Below the pieces are notes generated by a model. The model was not told where the DNA came from. It did no database searches and was given only the letters and a program-made list of their open reading frames with translations. Shown piece after piece: positions 46,564-57,287 of a stretch of DNA of 64,000 nt. Every line of letters begins with the position of its first letter. The first letter of the stretch is position 1. The DNA is from Candidatus Latescibacterota bacterium. GTDB taxonomy: Bacteria; Latescibacterota; UBA2968; UBA8231. The DNA lies in contig OZ242318.1 in the NCBI GenBank assembly GCA_965208105.1, positions 2,848,001 through 2,912,000 on the forward strand. The letters run 5' to 3'. A program made the position numbers and the translations under genes.

Positions 46564-49500
46564 TTAAATCCGGGCAATACCAATTTTACAAAAGTGCCCG
46601 TTGACCTGCCACTCCTGCGCAAAAAGAGAATCTTCGGTCAATTCTCCAAATTGCAAAGTTAGTGCCAAAGTCTCAGCCGCTACATAATCCTTGTGCCGGT
46701 GCACTGCCCGCTCCAGTTCAACTTCGCCCTGGATCCTCAAGCGAATGCGGTCCGCCACCTCCAAACCGGCCTCCTTGCGCATGGTCTGCACCCGGCTCAC
46801 CAGCTCGCGCGCCGCGCATTCGGCGATCAACTCATCGTTCAGTTGGACATTCAGTCCTACTCCCAGATTATCGTCGAAGGCCACGACCAAGCCATCCTTC
46901 TCCTGACGCAAAACCTCAACATCGTCGAGGTGGATCTCACCACCTCCCATTTCTATCCCCTCTCCAGCCCTCAGGCGCAGGACCTCCTGCGGCTCCAATT
47001 TCTGAATGCGGGCTGTCACTTCCTTCATTCGATTGCCGAACCGTGGTCCGAGAACCCGAAAATTGGGCCGATAGGTGATGTGGCTGAATTCGGTTTCGTC
47101 TTCGACCAGTACGACCTCTTTGATATTGAGCTCGTCGGAGATCAACCCGACCATTTCCTTCAAACTCCTGCGGCTGCCTTCGTCCGGAGGCAGCAGATAG
47201 AGATGTTGGAGAGGCTGCCGTGTCTTGAGCTTGTGCTTATTGCGCAACGAGCGTCCCAGCACAACGGCTCTGATTGCCAGATTCATCTGTTCTTCGAGCG
47301 CCGTACTGCACCGCGACTCGTCAGCCTGGGGCATGTCGCACAAGTGTACGCTTTCCGGAACATCCGCCGCGCGGGAGCGAACCAGGTCCTGATAGATGGC
47401 CTCGGTTATAAATGGCAGGACCGGGGCCAGGCCTTTGACGAGATTCACCAGGACCTGATAGAGAGTGGAATAGGCCGACGCCTTGTCGGAATCGTCTTCG
47501 GATTTCCAGAAACGCCGCCGGCTGCGCCTGATGTACCAGTTGGTCAGCTTCTGGGTAAATGACACCATGGCCGGCACTGTCTTGTAAAGGCGGTATGATT
47601 CCATTTCGGTGTTGATTTCCCGGATCAGGCTTTGAAGCTCGGAAACGATCCACCGGTCCAGCTGATGGTCGGATTCAGCGTCCGCCCATCCCTGGGGTTC
47701 CCACCCGTCGATGTTGGCGTAGGTGACAAAGAAGCTGTAGGAATTCCAAAGAGGGATGATCACGGACCGCAGACTTTCTTTAATCCCTTTCTCGGTCAGG
47801 CGCATTTCCTCTGCCTTGAGCACCGCCGAATTCAGCAGGTAAAGCCTGAGTGCGTCCGCCCCGTAGAGGTCCATCATCTCCGTCGGTTCCGGATAGTTCT
47901 TGAGCCGTTTGCTCATCTTGCGGCCATCCTCGGCCAGGAGCATGCCGGAGACGATGCAGTTTTTAAACGCCGGTTTGTCGAAGAGAGCCGCCCCCAGGAT
48001 GGTGAGGGTATAGAACCAACCGCGCGTCATGTCCAGTCCCTCGGAGATGAAATCGGCCGGGAAGTTGCGCTCGAAGTGGTCCCTGTTTTCAAAGGGGTAG
48101 TGGCTTTGAGCGTAAGGCATGGAACCTGACTCGAACCAGCAATCGAGAACCTCGGGAATGCGCCTGAGTGTGCCCGACCCGTTCGAAGAGGGGATCTCGA
48201 TTGCGTCGATGATGTGTTTGTGCAAATCTCCAACAGGATGCTTGCACAGCTCCTCCAGTTCAGCGCGGCTCCCGATGCAGACAGTCTCGCCACTCTCTTC
48301 GTTTCGCCAGATGGGCAAGGGCGTGCCCCAATACCGGTTACGGCTTATTGCCCAATCGCGTGCGCCTTCAAGCCACATGCCGAATCGCCCATCCTTGATA
48401 TGCTCGGGAATCCACCAGATTTCCTGGTTGGCTGCCAGCATCCGCTCCTTGATCTTTTCGACCTTGACAAACCAGGTGGAGACCGCCCTGTAGATGAGCG
48501 GTGAATCGCAGCGCCAGCAAAAGGGATAGCTGTGGACAATGGAACTTTTGGAGAAGAGATGTCCGCCGGCGCGCAGCGCGTCTACGATTTGCGGGTCTGT
48601 GTCCTTGACGAACTCGCCCTGGTAGTCGCCGACTTCCACGGTGAAACGACAATCCTCATCAATTGGACAGGGAGCGGGCAATCCCTCTCTTTTGCCCAAA
48701 TGGTAGTCATCCTCTCCGAATCCTGGAGCAATATGCACGATGCCACTGCCGTCTTCAGTGGATACGAAATCGGCTGCCACCACCCGGAAGGCACCGTGCT
48801 CGCGCTGGGCCGCAAAGTAGTCAAACAGGGGCTCATAAGTGAGCCCCAGCAAAGCCTCGGCGGGCTGGTCTTCGACCTGGGTGATCTCCTCCTGGTGCTC
48901 GCTGAAAACCTGCTCCCGAAGCGCCCCGGCAACAATGAGCTGTTCGCCGCTGCGCATGGTCACCCGTACATATGGAATTTCCCGACCTATGGCCAAACCC
49001 GTATTCGAGGGCAATGTCCACGGGGTAGTAGTCCATGCGAGCAGGGATGTATTTTTCTCTTCTCGAACCTTGAAGCGCACCGTAATGGAGGGGTCCCGGG
49101 TTTCTCTATACCCCTGGTTCACCTCGAAATTCGACAGCGGCGTAGCGCAGCGCGGGCAATAAGCCAGGGATTTGTACCCCTCGTAGATCAGCCCCTGGTC
49201 CCATAGCGATCTGAACACCCACCACACCGACTCCATGAACTCCGTATCCATGGTGCGGTACTGGTTGGACCAGTCGACCCAGCGACCGACGCGCTGGATG
49301 ACCTCCTTCCACTCACCGGTATATCTCAGCACAAGATTTCGGCAATACTCGTTGAACTCGGCTACGCCGTAGTCGAGAACGTCAGTCCGGGACTTGAGAC
49401 CGAGTTGCTGCTCGGCCTCGTTTTCGACCGGCAGACCGTGACAATCCCAGCCGAACCGGCGTCCGACCCTGAAGCCTCGCATGGTCCAGTAGCGCGGCAC

Positions 49501-49731
49501 CACGTCTTTGATGATCGAAGCCAGAAGATGCCCGTAGTGGGGCAAACCACTGGCAAACGGCGGCCCGTCGAAAAAGATAAAGGCCTTGGATGCAGGCCGG
49601 CCCGCCACCGACTTTTCGAATATCCTCTCTTCCTCCCACAGCTTGAGGATATTCTTTTCCAGCTCGGGAAAGTCGACCTTGCTCGAAACCCCGGCAGAGT
49701 CAGGCCGGGGAGATTTCTCAGCGAATTCCAT
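46564..49731 (-). CDS. ileS: Isoleucine-tRNA ligase, type 2
   Basis: GPPFASGLPHYGH, WTTTPWTLP, KMSKR; long C-terminus without the type-1 zinc finger. Confidence 0.96.
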   Translation of the reverse strand: MEFAEKSPRPDSAGVSSKVDFPELEKNILKLWEEERIFEKSVAGRPASKAFIFFDGPPFASGLPHYGHLLASIIKDVVPRYWTMRGFRVGRRFGWDCHGLPVENEAEQQLGLKSRTDVLDYGVAEFNEYCRNLVLRYTGEWKEVIQRVGRWVDWSNQYRTMDTEFMESVWWVFRSLWDQGLIYEGYKSLAYCPRCATPLSNFEVNQGYRETRDPSITVRFKVREEKNTSLLAWTTTPWTLPSNTGLAIGREIPYVRVTMRSGEQLIVAGALREQVFSEHQEEITQVEDQPAEALLGLTYEPLFDYFAAQREHGAFRVVAADFVSTEDGSGIVHIAPGFGEDDYHLGKREGLPAPCPIDEDCRFTVEVGDYQGEFVKDTDPQIVDALRAGGHLFSKSSIVHSYPFCWRCDSPLIYRAVSTWFVKVEKIKERMLAANQEIWWIPEHIKDGRFGMWLEGARDWAISRNRYWGTPLPIWRNEESGETVCIGSRAELEELCKHPVGDLHKHIIDAIEIPSSNGSGTLRRIPEVLDCWFESGSMPYAQSHYPFENRDHFERNFPADFISEGLDMTRGWFYTLTILGAALFDKPAFKNCIVSGMLLAEDGRKMSKRLKNYPEPTEMMDLYGADALRLYLLNSAVLKAEEMRLTEKGIKESLRSVIIPLWNSYSFFVTYANIDGWEPQGWADAESDHQLDRWIVSELQSLIREINTEMESYRLYKTVPAMVSFTQKLTNWYIRRSRRRFWKSEDDSDKASAYSTLYQVLVNLVKGLAPVLPFITEAIYQDLVRSRAADVPESVHLCDMPQADESRCSTALEEQMNLAIRAVVLGRSLRNKHKLKTRQPLQHLYLLPPDEGSRRSLKEMVGLISDELNIKEVVLVEDETEFSHITYRPNFRVLGPRFGNRMKEVTARIQKLEPQEVLRLRAGEGIEMGGGEIHLDDVEVLRQEKDGLVVAFDDNLGVGLNVQLNDELIAECAARELVSRVQTMRKEAGLEVADRIRLRIQGEVELERAVHRHKDYVAAETLALTLQFGELTEDSLFAQEWQVNGHFCKIGIARI

Positions 49732-49742
49732 GAGTTCCAGGA

Positions 49743-50048
49743 TCAGAGGCGAAAGTTGGAGAGAAACAAAATGACCACTTGTATTACAATGATTAGAATC
49801 AGCGGGGTGAAGTCCAGGCCGGTTCTGTAAAGGAAGTTAGGTACGAAGCGGCGCATTGACTCGATTGCCGGATCCGTCACCGCCCGGAGGAATTGGACGA
49901 TAGGGTTGTAGGGATCGGGATTTATCCACGAAATCAGTACCCGGATGATGACGACCCATTTGTAGATCTCCAACAAGGAGGTGATTATTCCTATCACTCC
50001 TGACGTAAAATTACTATAGTCAAACACTTCGCTGGCTGCTCCCACCAA
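49743..50048 (-). CDS. yggT: YggT family membrane protein
   Basis: LISWINPDPYNPIVQFL, LDFTP. Confidence 0.9.
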   Translation of the reverse strand: MVGAASEVFDYSNFTSGVIGIITSLLEIYKWVVIIRVLISWINPDPYNPIVQFLRAVTDPAIESMRRFVPNFLYRTGLDFTPLILIIVIQVVILFLSNFRL

Positions 50049-50741
50049 TTAGCCCGGCCGCCGGCCAAAGAGGGCCGACCCCAGGCGCACCATATTTGAA
50101 CCCTCGGTTATGGCCAACTCGAAGTCTCCACTCATGCCCATGGACAGGTATTTCAACTCCACCCCTTCGATGCGGGCAGCGACGAGGCGGTCGCGCAACT
50201 CCCTGAGCAGGGAAAAACAGGAGCGCACAACCTCGGCGTCAGCACTCAGGGCTCCTATGGTCATGAGTCCTCGAATCCGCAGGTTGGGCAACTCGGCGAG
50301 CTTTCGGGCCAAGGCCTGAAGACACTGCGGTGCCACGCCTGATTTCCTCTCTTCGCCGGAGGTGTTGACCTGCACCAGAATGTCCAGGACGCGACAGACC
50401 TTCCCCGCCTGTGCATCAAGGGCCGCAGCCACGCGCAGACTGTCCACCGATTGCACCAGATCGAATAGAGCCACGGCCTTCCTTGCCTTGTTGGTCTGCA
50501 AATGGCCTACGAGATGCCACCGGGCAGGAGTATCCACTTCGGCCTTCTTTGCCTCGGCCTCCTGGACCCGGTTCTCGCCTATTGTGCCGATCCCACAACC
50601 CAGAGCGGCCTCGACCTCTGCGGCAGTGCGGCCCTTCGTGACGGCGACCACGGCAATTTCTCCCGCGTCACGACCGGATCGGAAAGCGGACTTCGCGATG
50701 CGCTCTCGTACTTTTTCCCAGTTCTTTCGAATATCTTCCAT
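50049..50741 (-). CDS. yggS: PLP homeostasis protein
   Basis: AVTK, GENRVQE, GHLQTNK, SMGMSGD. Confidence 0.94.
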   Translation of the reverse strand: MEDIRKNWEKVRERIAKSAFRSGRDAGEIAVVAVTKGRTAAEVEAALGCGIGTIGENRVQEAEAKKAEVDTPARWHLVGHLQTNKARKAVALFDLVQSVDSLRVAAALDAQAGKVCRVLDILVQVNTSGEERKSGVAPQCLQALARKLAELPNLRIRGLMTIGALSADAEVVRSCFSLLRELRDRLVAARIEGVELKYLSMGMSGDFELAITEGSNMVRLGSALFGRRPG

Positions 50742-50816
50742 AAAATTTTGGAAAGAAACTTTGAATATACCCTCTCGATCAACAATACACAATTGCGCAA
50801 ACCCCTCTTGCCGAGG

Positions 50817-52133
50817 TCATTGCCCGGGTACTCCCTCGACCTCGCCTGAGGCTTCGGATTGAGCAGGAAGTTGCATCAGACGCAAGATCACCAGCGCGAG
50901 GGTTGAAAAAACCAGAATGTGCAGCAGCAAATCCACCAAAACCACCTGGAAGAAGAGCCTGGCCCAGGGTTCTGGAATTGCTTCCACCAGGCTCCTCCCA
51001 CGAGGACTCACAATCAACTCGAAGAGGAGGGCGCCTTTTGCACAAAGGACCCAGCCGTCGTGCTTTCCCATATTCAATGGCGCGAGAAACCTGGATTCCA
51101 TGGTCAGCATTCCCAGGCCGCGAACCGCGAGGGGAGCGAGGACCAGAACCAGGATGACCTGAAAGATTCCGCCGGCCAACGGCCATAACATCGACAGGTC
51201 AATAGTAGCTCCAAGCAGGGGGAAGAATACCATGAAAGCCAGGGGACCCATCGGGCCAATAATACTGCGCACACTTCTGGTTCGAGGCTCATGGTAGCTC
51301 AGAGTGAGGCCTGCGCCCAGACCGAGTGGAAGGGAGTAAAGCCCGATAAAACCCACGGCCAGGGCAGCCAGGACAAGACTGCCCCAGAAACCGGCAAGCA
51401 AGGTGGAGGTTTTGGCGGAGAAAAGCCCCAGGCGCCGAAGGATTTCCATGCCCGATGCCCCGGCCAGAAGCGCCAGCCAGATCCTTGCCGCTGCATGCGG
51501 CGCTTCCACGGGAAGAACTCCCTGCAAGTGCAATGCGAGCAAAACGACGCTCATGATTCCCAGGCTGAAACCTGAGCCAACAAGGCTCAGAAGCCGAGCA
51601 CTTTTATGCGAGGACAGGGCCGAAACGACCACGGGCCCCCACAGACTCGCTATAGACCCCAGAAGGAGAGCCATCCAGGCAGGCAGTTGACCAAGGGCCA
51701 TGGCGCCGCCGGCTGCAAGCGCGAAGGTGGCCAGTGTCGAAAGGCCGACGAAGGCGGAAACGGGCAAGCTCGTTGCCCGCGCCCAGGACAGGCCGGTCCC
51801 CACCTGGAATCCCACCCAAACGGTGGCGAGAGAGAAGAGGAATTCAACGGGGACCTGCTCTTCAGGCCGGACTATCCGGAGTCCGCTCATTCCCATGATC
51901 AGGCCTGCGGCCATCAACCCAACCAGTTGCGGAAGGCGAAAGTAGGCAGCGACCTGATGGCACACGAAGCTCATAATGGCCAAGGCTCCCAGTGCCCACA
52001 AGGAATCAAATGGGCTGTCCATACCTTGCTGAGGGCCCAGGGTGCCGAGGGTAAGGACAATGCCGCAGACCACCAGGTATTTCAAAGACAGCTCCGATCT
52101 ATACAGGTCCCCGGACTCTGGGGACCTCTTCAA
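50817..52133 (-). CDS. Cation:proton antiporter-like membrane protein
   Basis: About 12 hydrophobic segments, LPQLVG...AGL.MG, VFF...GA.I; divergent. Confidence 0.6.
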   Translation of the reverse strand: MKRSPESGDLYRSELSLKYLVVCGIVLTLGTLGPQQGMDSPFDSLWALGALAIMSFVCHQVAAYFRLPQLVGLMAAGLIMGMSGLRIVRPEEQVPVEFLFSLATVWVGFQVGTGLSWARATSLPVSAFVGLSTLATFALAAGGAMALGQLPAWMALLLGSIASLWGPVVVSALSSHKSARLLSLVGSGFSLGIMSVVLLALHLQGVLPVEAPHAAARIWLALLAGASGMEILRRLGLFSAKTSTLLAGFWGSLVLAALAVGFIGLYSLPLGLGAGLTLSYHEPRTRSVRSIIGPMGPLAFMVFFPLLGATIDLSMLWPLAGGIFQVILVLVLAPLAVRGLGMLTMESRFLAPLNMGKHDGWVLCAKGALLFELIVSPRGRSLVEAIPEPWARLFFQVVLVDLLLHILVFSTLALVILRLMQLPAQSEASGEVEGVPGQ

Positions 52134-52153
52134 CCAGTGGATGACTCCGCACA

Positions 52154-52315
52154 GTGTCCCGTCGCAGAGATAGGTTGACGCAATTGGGCCGCCGAGGCGC
52201 CAGGCTCACAAGGCGCCTGAGCGAGTCGTACCAGTGGTGTACGGCGAGTGAAGGCAACGCCGTGAGCCGGGATGGATCGGTGAAATAATGGCGACATATT
52301 TCTGCGACGGGACAC
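52154..52315. mobile_element. 162-bp MITE, copy 1
   Basis: 19-bp TIRs GTGTCCCGTCGCAGA(G/A)ATA...TATTTCTGCGACGGGACAC; near-identical copy at 58454. Confidence 0.85.
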
Positions 52316-52337
52316 CAGATCCTTCACGACGGGAATC

Positions 52338-52379
52338 AAAAAATACCCTGCCGGCCTTCCCCTGCAGGGGAAGGCCGGC
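52338..52379 (-). terminator. Rho-independent terminator of secDF
   Basis: 30-bp palindrome GCCGGCCTTCCCCTGCAGGGGAAGGCCGGC followed by a T-run on the minus strand. Confidence 0.75.
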
Positions 52380-52428
52380 GCAGGATTCGGACAGTGCCCC
52401 TCACTGTGAAGTCAATAGGTGCCAGGAG

Positions 52429-54990
52429 CTACTTGTTCTGCTTCTTTTTCTCGGTGTATTCCTGGCCGATATAGAGTGCCGGGCTGGCAATGAAGATGGA
52501 AGAATAGGTTCCGACCAGGATGCCGATGAGAAGGGTGATGGTGAAGTCGCGAATTACTTCACCCCCCCAGGTCATCAGAATAAGGACAGCCATCAGGGTA
52601 GTCATCGAGGTGACGAGGGTGCGGCTCAGACATTCATTGATGCTTATGTCCAAAATACCGGCAAAGGCGCCCTTGCGAACCGAATGCAGGTTTTCACGGA
52701 CCCGGTCGAATACGACGATCGTATCATTCAACGAATACCCTACGATCGCCAGCAGGCCTGCAACCACGGCCAGGGTAATCTCGACATTGAGAAGTGATAG
52801 CAACCCCATGGTGACGAGCACATCGTGAAAGAGGGCAATCACTGCGGCGATGCCGTAGAGGAATCGATGAAAACGCCAAGCCATATAGATCAAAATCAGA
52901 ACCAGAGCAACCAACACGGCATTCACCGCTGCTCCGCTCAGCTCGCTGCCGATCTTGGGTCCTACCTTCTCCTGGCGCCGAATCCACTCCAGTTCGTTGG
53001 GAATGTGGCTTCCAAATCCTGACTTGAGCACCTGTTTGATACCGTCAGCCACATCTGTCCCCGTTTCACTTTCGACAATGCGGATCAGGATGTCATTGGG
53101 GGACCCGAATTGCTTGATCTCACTGGAGCTGAGGTCCAGAACCTTGTCCTCGACGGGCACCGCATCCATCTTGGCGCGGATGTCCTTTACCTCTACCGCC
53201 GGTTCGAAATGCACCTCCAGCAAGGTGCCTCCGGCGAAATCGATGCCAAGAGGAATCCCATTGATTCCAACCACCGAAACCACCCCTACGCCCAGGACTA
53301 CGGCGGAGGTAGCAAAAGCGTGCTTGTAGCGCGAAAGAAATGGTATGCGCGAATTTGACAGCACTCGCACAGGACCCAGGCTCAGAGTCCGCACCCTGCT
53401 GCTCCTGGTAATCAGATCGAATACGGACCGGGTGACAAAGAAGGCGGTGAACAGACTGGAGATAATTCCAATACAAAGGGTCAAGGCGAAACCGCGTATG
53501 GGGCCCGTGCCGAACTGGTACAGCACGATCCCCACCATCAGGGTAGTAAGGTTGGCGTCGATGATTGCGGACAGAGCATTGCTGTAGCCGCTGTCAACGG
53601 CAGCCCGCAAGGTCTTTCCCGAGCGCAACTCTTCACGGATGCGCTCGAAGATCAGCACATTGGCGTCCACGGCCATGCCGATGGTCAGAATGATGCCAGC
53701 TATGCCCGGAAGAGTCAGGGTTGCGTGAAAACCGGAAAGCACGGCCATCACAAAGACAATATTGAGCCCGAGAGCAAGGTCGGCAATCAATCCCGCCGCC
53801 CGGTAGTAGAGAATCATGAAAAGCGCCACTACGACAGTACAGTAGAGGGCGGCAACCCGGCCCTGCTCGATGGAATCGCGACCCAGGGAAGGACCTACCG
53901 TGCGGTCTTCGATGATCTCCACTCTGGCCGGCAGCGCACCGGCGCGCAGCACAATGGCCAGATCCTTTGCCTCTGCCTCGTCGGCGCTCCCGGTAATGAT
54001 GGCGCGGCCATAGGGGATCCTGGTCTGGATTTCTGGAGCAGAGTAGACCGCCCCATCGAGGACGACGGCCAGACGCTCGCCCACGTGGGCCCCGGTCGTG
54101 CGCGCGAAAATCCGCGTGCCCTCGTCGGTGGTAGTGAGGTTGACGATAGGCTGCCCCAGGTTTTCGACGCTTTGTCCAAATGAGACAAAGGCGTCCTCGA
54201 CGGCGTTACCGGTCATTTCCGGTCTTTGGCGGACAAGGTAAAGAAGATAGTACTGGTTGCCCTGGGGCCCTTGGGGTTTACTGCTGAATACAAACTCCAT
54301 GTCGCCCGGCACCGCGTCCAGGACGCCGGGATCCTGCAGCATGGCTCTAACCCTGCTCAGGTTCTTTACCGAAAAGGCAAGATCATCCCCTACCGGAGCC
54401 AACAGGGCTGAAAGGGTCCTGGCCCTGGCTGACTCATCTTCTTCCGCCCCTTCAAAGAGACCCTTTTCCCCTTGTTCTCCTTCTTCGAGGTCTTCCCCGG
54501 AGTCTTTTTCCTTGTCCAGAATCGCGTCGATTCGCTGGATGATGCGGTCGCGCTCCACATAGGGTTCGAGAAGCTGGAACTCGAGGAGGGCGGTCTGGCC
54601 TACAAGACCCTTGGCGCGCTGCACGTCCTGGACGCCTGGCAGCTCCACAACGATGCGGTTGGCCCCCTGGCGCTGGATGGTAGGCTCGGCCACCCCGAAC
54701 TGATCGATGCGATTCCGGATGACCTCTTGTGCCCGGTCCACGGCATCCCTGGCTTCCTCATCCGGCAATTCAGTAAGATCGACCTCCAGAACCAGATGAA
54801 TCCCGCCCTGAAGATCCAATCCCAGGTTGATCGATCGCCGGTGCAAATCTTCCAGTCGTTCCGGTGCGTTTTGCTCCATGGCCGCCTTGTCCTCAACGGA
54901 GAGACCATAGAACGCGATGCTGGGGTACAGGTAGTAAACAGCGACCGCAATCAGCGCCAGAATGAGCAGCGGTTTCCAATTCCTTTTCAT
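52429..54990 (-). CDS. secDF: Fused protein translocase subunit SecDF
   Basis: LGLDLQGG, GMAVDANVLIFERIRE, GIDFAGG, GYSLNDTIVVFDR. Confidence 0.96.
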   Translation of the reverse strand: MKRNWKPLLILALIAVAVYYLYPSIAFYGLSVEDKAAMEQNAPERLEDLHRRSINLGLDLQGGIHLVLEVDLTELPDEEARDAVDRAQEVIRNRIDQFGVAEPTIQRQGANRIVVELPGVQDVQRAKGLVGQTALLEFQLLEPYVERDRIIQRIDAILDKEKDSGEDLEEGEQGEKGLFEGAEEDESARARTLSALLAPVGDDLAFSVKNLSRVRAMLQDPGVLDAVPGDMEFVFSSKPQGPQGNQYYLLYLVRQRPEMTGNAVEDAFVSFGQSVENLGQPIVNLTTTDEGTRIFARTTGAHVGERLAVVLDGAVYSAPEIQTRIPYGRAIITGSADEAEAKDLAIVLRAGALPARVEIIEDRTVGPSLGRDSIEQGRVAALYCTVVVALFMILYYRAAGLIADLALGLNIVFVMAVLSGFHATLTLPGIAGIILTIGMAVDANVLIFERIREELRSGKTLRAAVDSGYSNALSAIIDANLTTLMVGIVLYQFGTGPIRGFALTLCIGIISSLFTAFFVTRSVFDLITRSSRVRTLSLGPVRVLSNSRIPFLSRYKHAFATSAVVLGVGVVSVVGINGIPLGIDFAGGTLLEVHFEPAVEVKDIRAKMDAVPVEDKVLDLSSSEIKQFGSPNDILIRIVESETGTDVADGIKQVLKSGFGSHIPNELEWIRRQEKVGPKIGSELSGAAVNAVLVALVLILIYMAWRFHRFLYGIAAVIALFHDVLVTMGLLSLLNVEITLAVVAGLLAIVGYSLNDTIVVFDRVRENLHSVRKGAFAGILDISINECLSRTLVTSMTTLMAVLILMTWGGEVIRDFTITLLIGILVGTYSSIFIASPALYIGQEYTEKKKQNK

Positions 54991-55152
54991 TTGACCTGCC
55001 TTAATCGAGACTTGGATGCTGACATGGCTGCGATTTCAGCTGCGAGGCTGCAACTGCTCCGGGAGAAGCACCGCAACCCCTCATGCCGCAATTGATATGG
55101 CATCCTGTTTATGTCCGTCGTGAAATTGATCCGCTAAAGTGCGCAATTAAAG

Positions 55153-56160
55153 TCACTCCTTCACAAAGCGAATTCGATTTTGTACTCCGCTCGAGGTTCG
55201 GTACTCGGTATTTCCCTCGCGGTCAAAAAATATCAAGGCCTCGGCCTGGGGCAATGACTCGATCCATTTGATACCCTGGTCCGGCCCCAATATAAAAAGC
55301 GCTGTCGAAAGAATGTCCGCATCCAGGGCGGTTGAAGCCCACGCCGTTGCACTGATTGCCCTTCGCGATGGATAGCCCGTGGCCGGATCGAGAATGTGAT
55401 GAAACCGCCTGCCTTCGAATTCTATGAACTGTTCATAATCTCCTGAGGTCGCCACGGCGTTCAACCCCAGGTCTTCAACCGCGATGAATTGCTCCGGATC
55501 CCGGGGATGCTGCACCCCGAATCGCCAGGGCCGTCCGTCAGGTTTTCGACCCCAGTAGCGAATGTCTCCTCCTGCTTCGACCATGCCACCGGAAATTCCG
55601 GCTGCCAGAAGCGATTCAACGGCCTGGTCCACCGCATAGCCCTTGGCTGCTGCCCCCAGGTCCAGGCGAACGCCATCGAGGACCAGCCTCACCTGCCTGC
55701 CCCTCACCTGCAGGTTATCGAAGCCTACAAGAGTTAGAGCCGAATCAATCTGCTCGGCAGAAGGAGGGGCCCGGAGATTGGGAAAATCCCACAACCGCGT
55801 AAGAGCACCGACCGTTACGTCAAAAGCACCGGCGGAACTTCGGGCGAAATGCTGCGACCGCTGAAGCACCTGGGCAAGTTCCGGCGAGCAGGTCGCCTCC
55901 TCGTCTGCGCTCAGACTCTCGATCAGATTCAACTCGCTAGCCTGGGAATAACGACTCATTAACGAGTCAATGCGGTCGATCCGGTCGAAAGCCAGGCGAA
56001 CCAGGGAGTCGACTTTCTCTTCTTCCGTGTAGAGCTTGAATGTTACCAAGGTGCCCATTGCAAAATGGGCATGCTCGCTGGGGACTGCGTCCTCTTCCGG
56101 GCGCAGGAAGAACAAAATCGACAGGAGAGCCACTGCACCAAGGATTATCCGGACCTTCAT
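55153..56160 (-). CDS. apbE: FAD:protein FMN transferase
   Basis: AMGT, DLGAAAKGYAVD, ATSGDYE, HHILDP.TG, AD..ST. Confidence 0.93.
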   Translation of the reverse strand: MKVRIILGAVALLSILFFLRPEEDAVPSEHAHFAMGTLVTFKLYTEEEKVDSLVRLAFDRIDRIDSLMSRYSQASELNLIESLSADEEATCSPELAQVLQRSQHFARSSAGAFDVTVGALTRLWDFPNLRAPPSAEQIDSALTLVGFDNLQVRGRQVRLVLDGVRLDLGAAAKGYAVDQAVESLLAAGISGGMVEAGGDIRYWGRKPDGRPWRFGVQHPRDPEQFIAVEDLGLNAVATSGDYEQFIEFEGRRFHHILDPATGYPSRRAISATAWASTALDADILSTALFILGPDQGIKWIESLPQAEALIFFDREGNTEYRTSSGVQNRIRFVKE

Positions 56161-56167
56161 CCCCCAG

Positions 56168-57136
56168 TCAATTTTCCCGCTCCACCACCAACCGTACGGC
56201 CATTTCCAGGACTTCTCGAGCTTGTGAAGGCGCCAGGACTTGCAGGCATTTCAGGGCGCGCTCGCCGCAGTTCCGCGCGGTATCGCGGGCGAAGTGCACA
56301 CCATTAAAGGTCTCGACGAATGCGACGATTCTCTCCCAATCTTTTTCGCTTTTCTCTTTTTGCCGCAGCAGAACCTGCATGGCGGCGCGTTCGTCCTTCG
56401 AGGCCATGGTCAGGGCTCGAATCAATGGCAATGTAATCTTGCCATCGCGCAGATCGTGGCCTACCGGTTTGCCCAGGACGGAAACATCGCCGGTAAAGTC
56501 GAGGATGTCGTCGGCAATTTGAAAAGCCAGTCCCAACGATTCTCCGTACTTCCCCATGGCATCGACGATTTCAGGGGAAGCCCCTGTCAGAATGGGACCG
56601 AGCTTGCACGAAGCCCCGATCAGCGAGGCCGTCTTGTCGGCAACCATGGAAAAATAAGAGGCCTCCCGGGTATCGGCCTGCTGCCCTATGTGAATCTCCA
56701 ATATCTCTCCCTGGCTCAGGCGTTCGGTTGCCCGCGCCACGGTTTGCAGGGCTCCGAGGTTTCCCAGGCTGACCAGGATGCACAATGCCCTCGCGAGCAG
56801 GAAATCTCCCATGAGCACTGCTACCTGCCCACTCCAAACAGAATTAACGGAAGCCCGGCCACGCCTCATGGCCGCAGAGTCAACCACGTCATCGTGGATC
56901 ATCGTGGCTGCGTGAATCATTTCAATCGCTACGGCCGCGTCGATAATGCGTTCGTCCCACGCCTTTGTAGCCTTGGCACTAAGCAGCACGAGCGCCGGCC
57001 TGAGACGCTTCCCCTTCAGGGTAGCCATATAGCGTGCGACTTCGTGCGCCAATTCTACGTCGGACTGAAGAGCGGCATCCAGACCTTCTTCGACGCGTTC
57101 CATTTCATTTTGAATCGGGGATAGAAATGGATCCAT
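56168..57136 (-). CDS. Long-chain polyprenyl diphosphate synthase (IspB-like)
   Basis: GKRLRP, HDDVVD...RRG, KTA, FQIADD.LD. Confidence 0.93.
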   Translation of the reverse strand: MDPFLSPIQNEMERVEEGLDAALQSDVELAHEVARYMATLKGKRLRPALVLLSAKATKAWDERIIDAAVAIEMIHAATMIHDDVVDSAAMRRGRASVNSVWSGQVAVLMGDFLLARALCILVSLGNLGALQTVARATERLSQGEILEIHIGQQADTREASYFSMVADKTASLIGASCKLGPILTGASPEIVDAMGKYGESLGLAFQIADDILDFTGDVSVLGKPVGHDLRDGKITLPLIRALTMASKDERAAMQVLLRQKEKSEKDWERIVAFVETFNGVHFARDTARNCGERALKCLQVLAPSQAREVLEMAVRLVVEREN

Positions 57137-57287
57137 GGGAGGCTGGCTATGGATGAATCAGGGTTTCCTGAAGGGGGCTTAACTACCAGAATTTACGAAA
57201 AATTAAGTAATAGAACAGGGCCTGTCAAACTCGCTCCGGAGACACTCGCGCTCTCGTCCAAAAATGGAATTTCGACTCCTGATCCTT

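Noticed and set aside
31984-47562. Long antisense ORFs (e.g. 31984-33012, 38022-39404, 44657-45721, 46693-47562)
   Set aside because: Shadows of well-supported genes in a GC-rich genome; no motifs
52130-52339. Similar small ORFs here and at 58436-58684
   Set aside because: They are translations of the non-coding MITE
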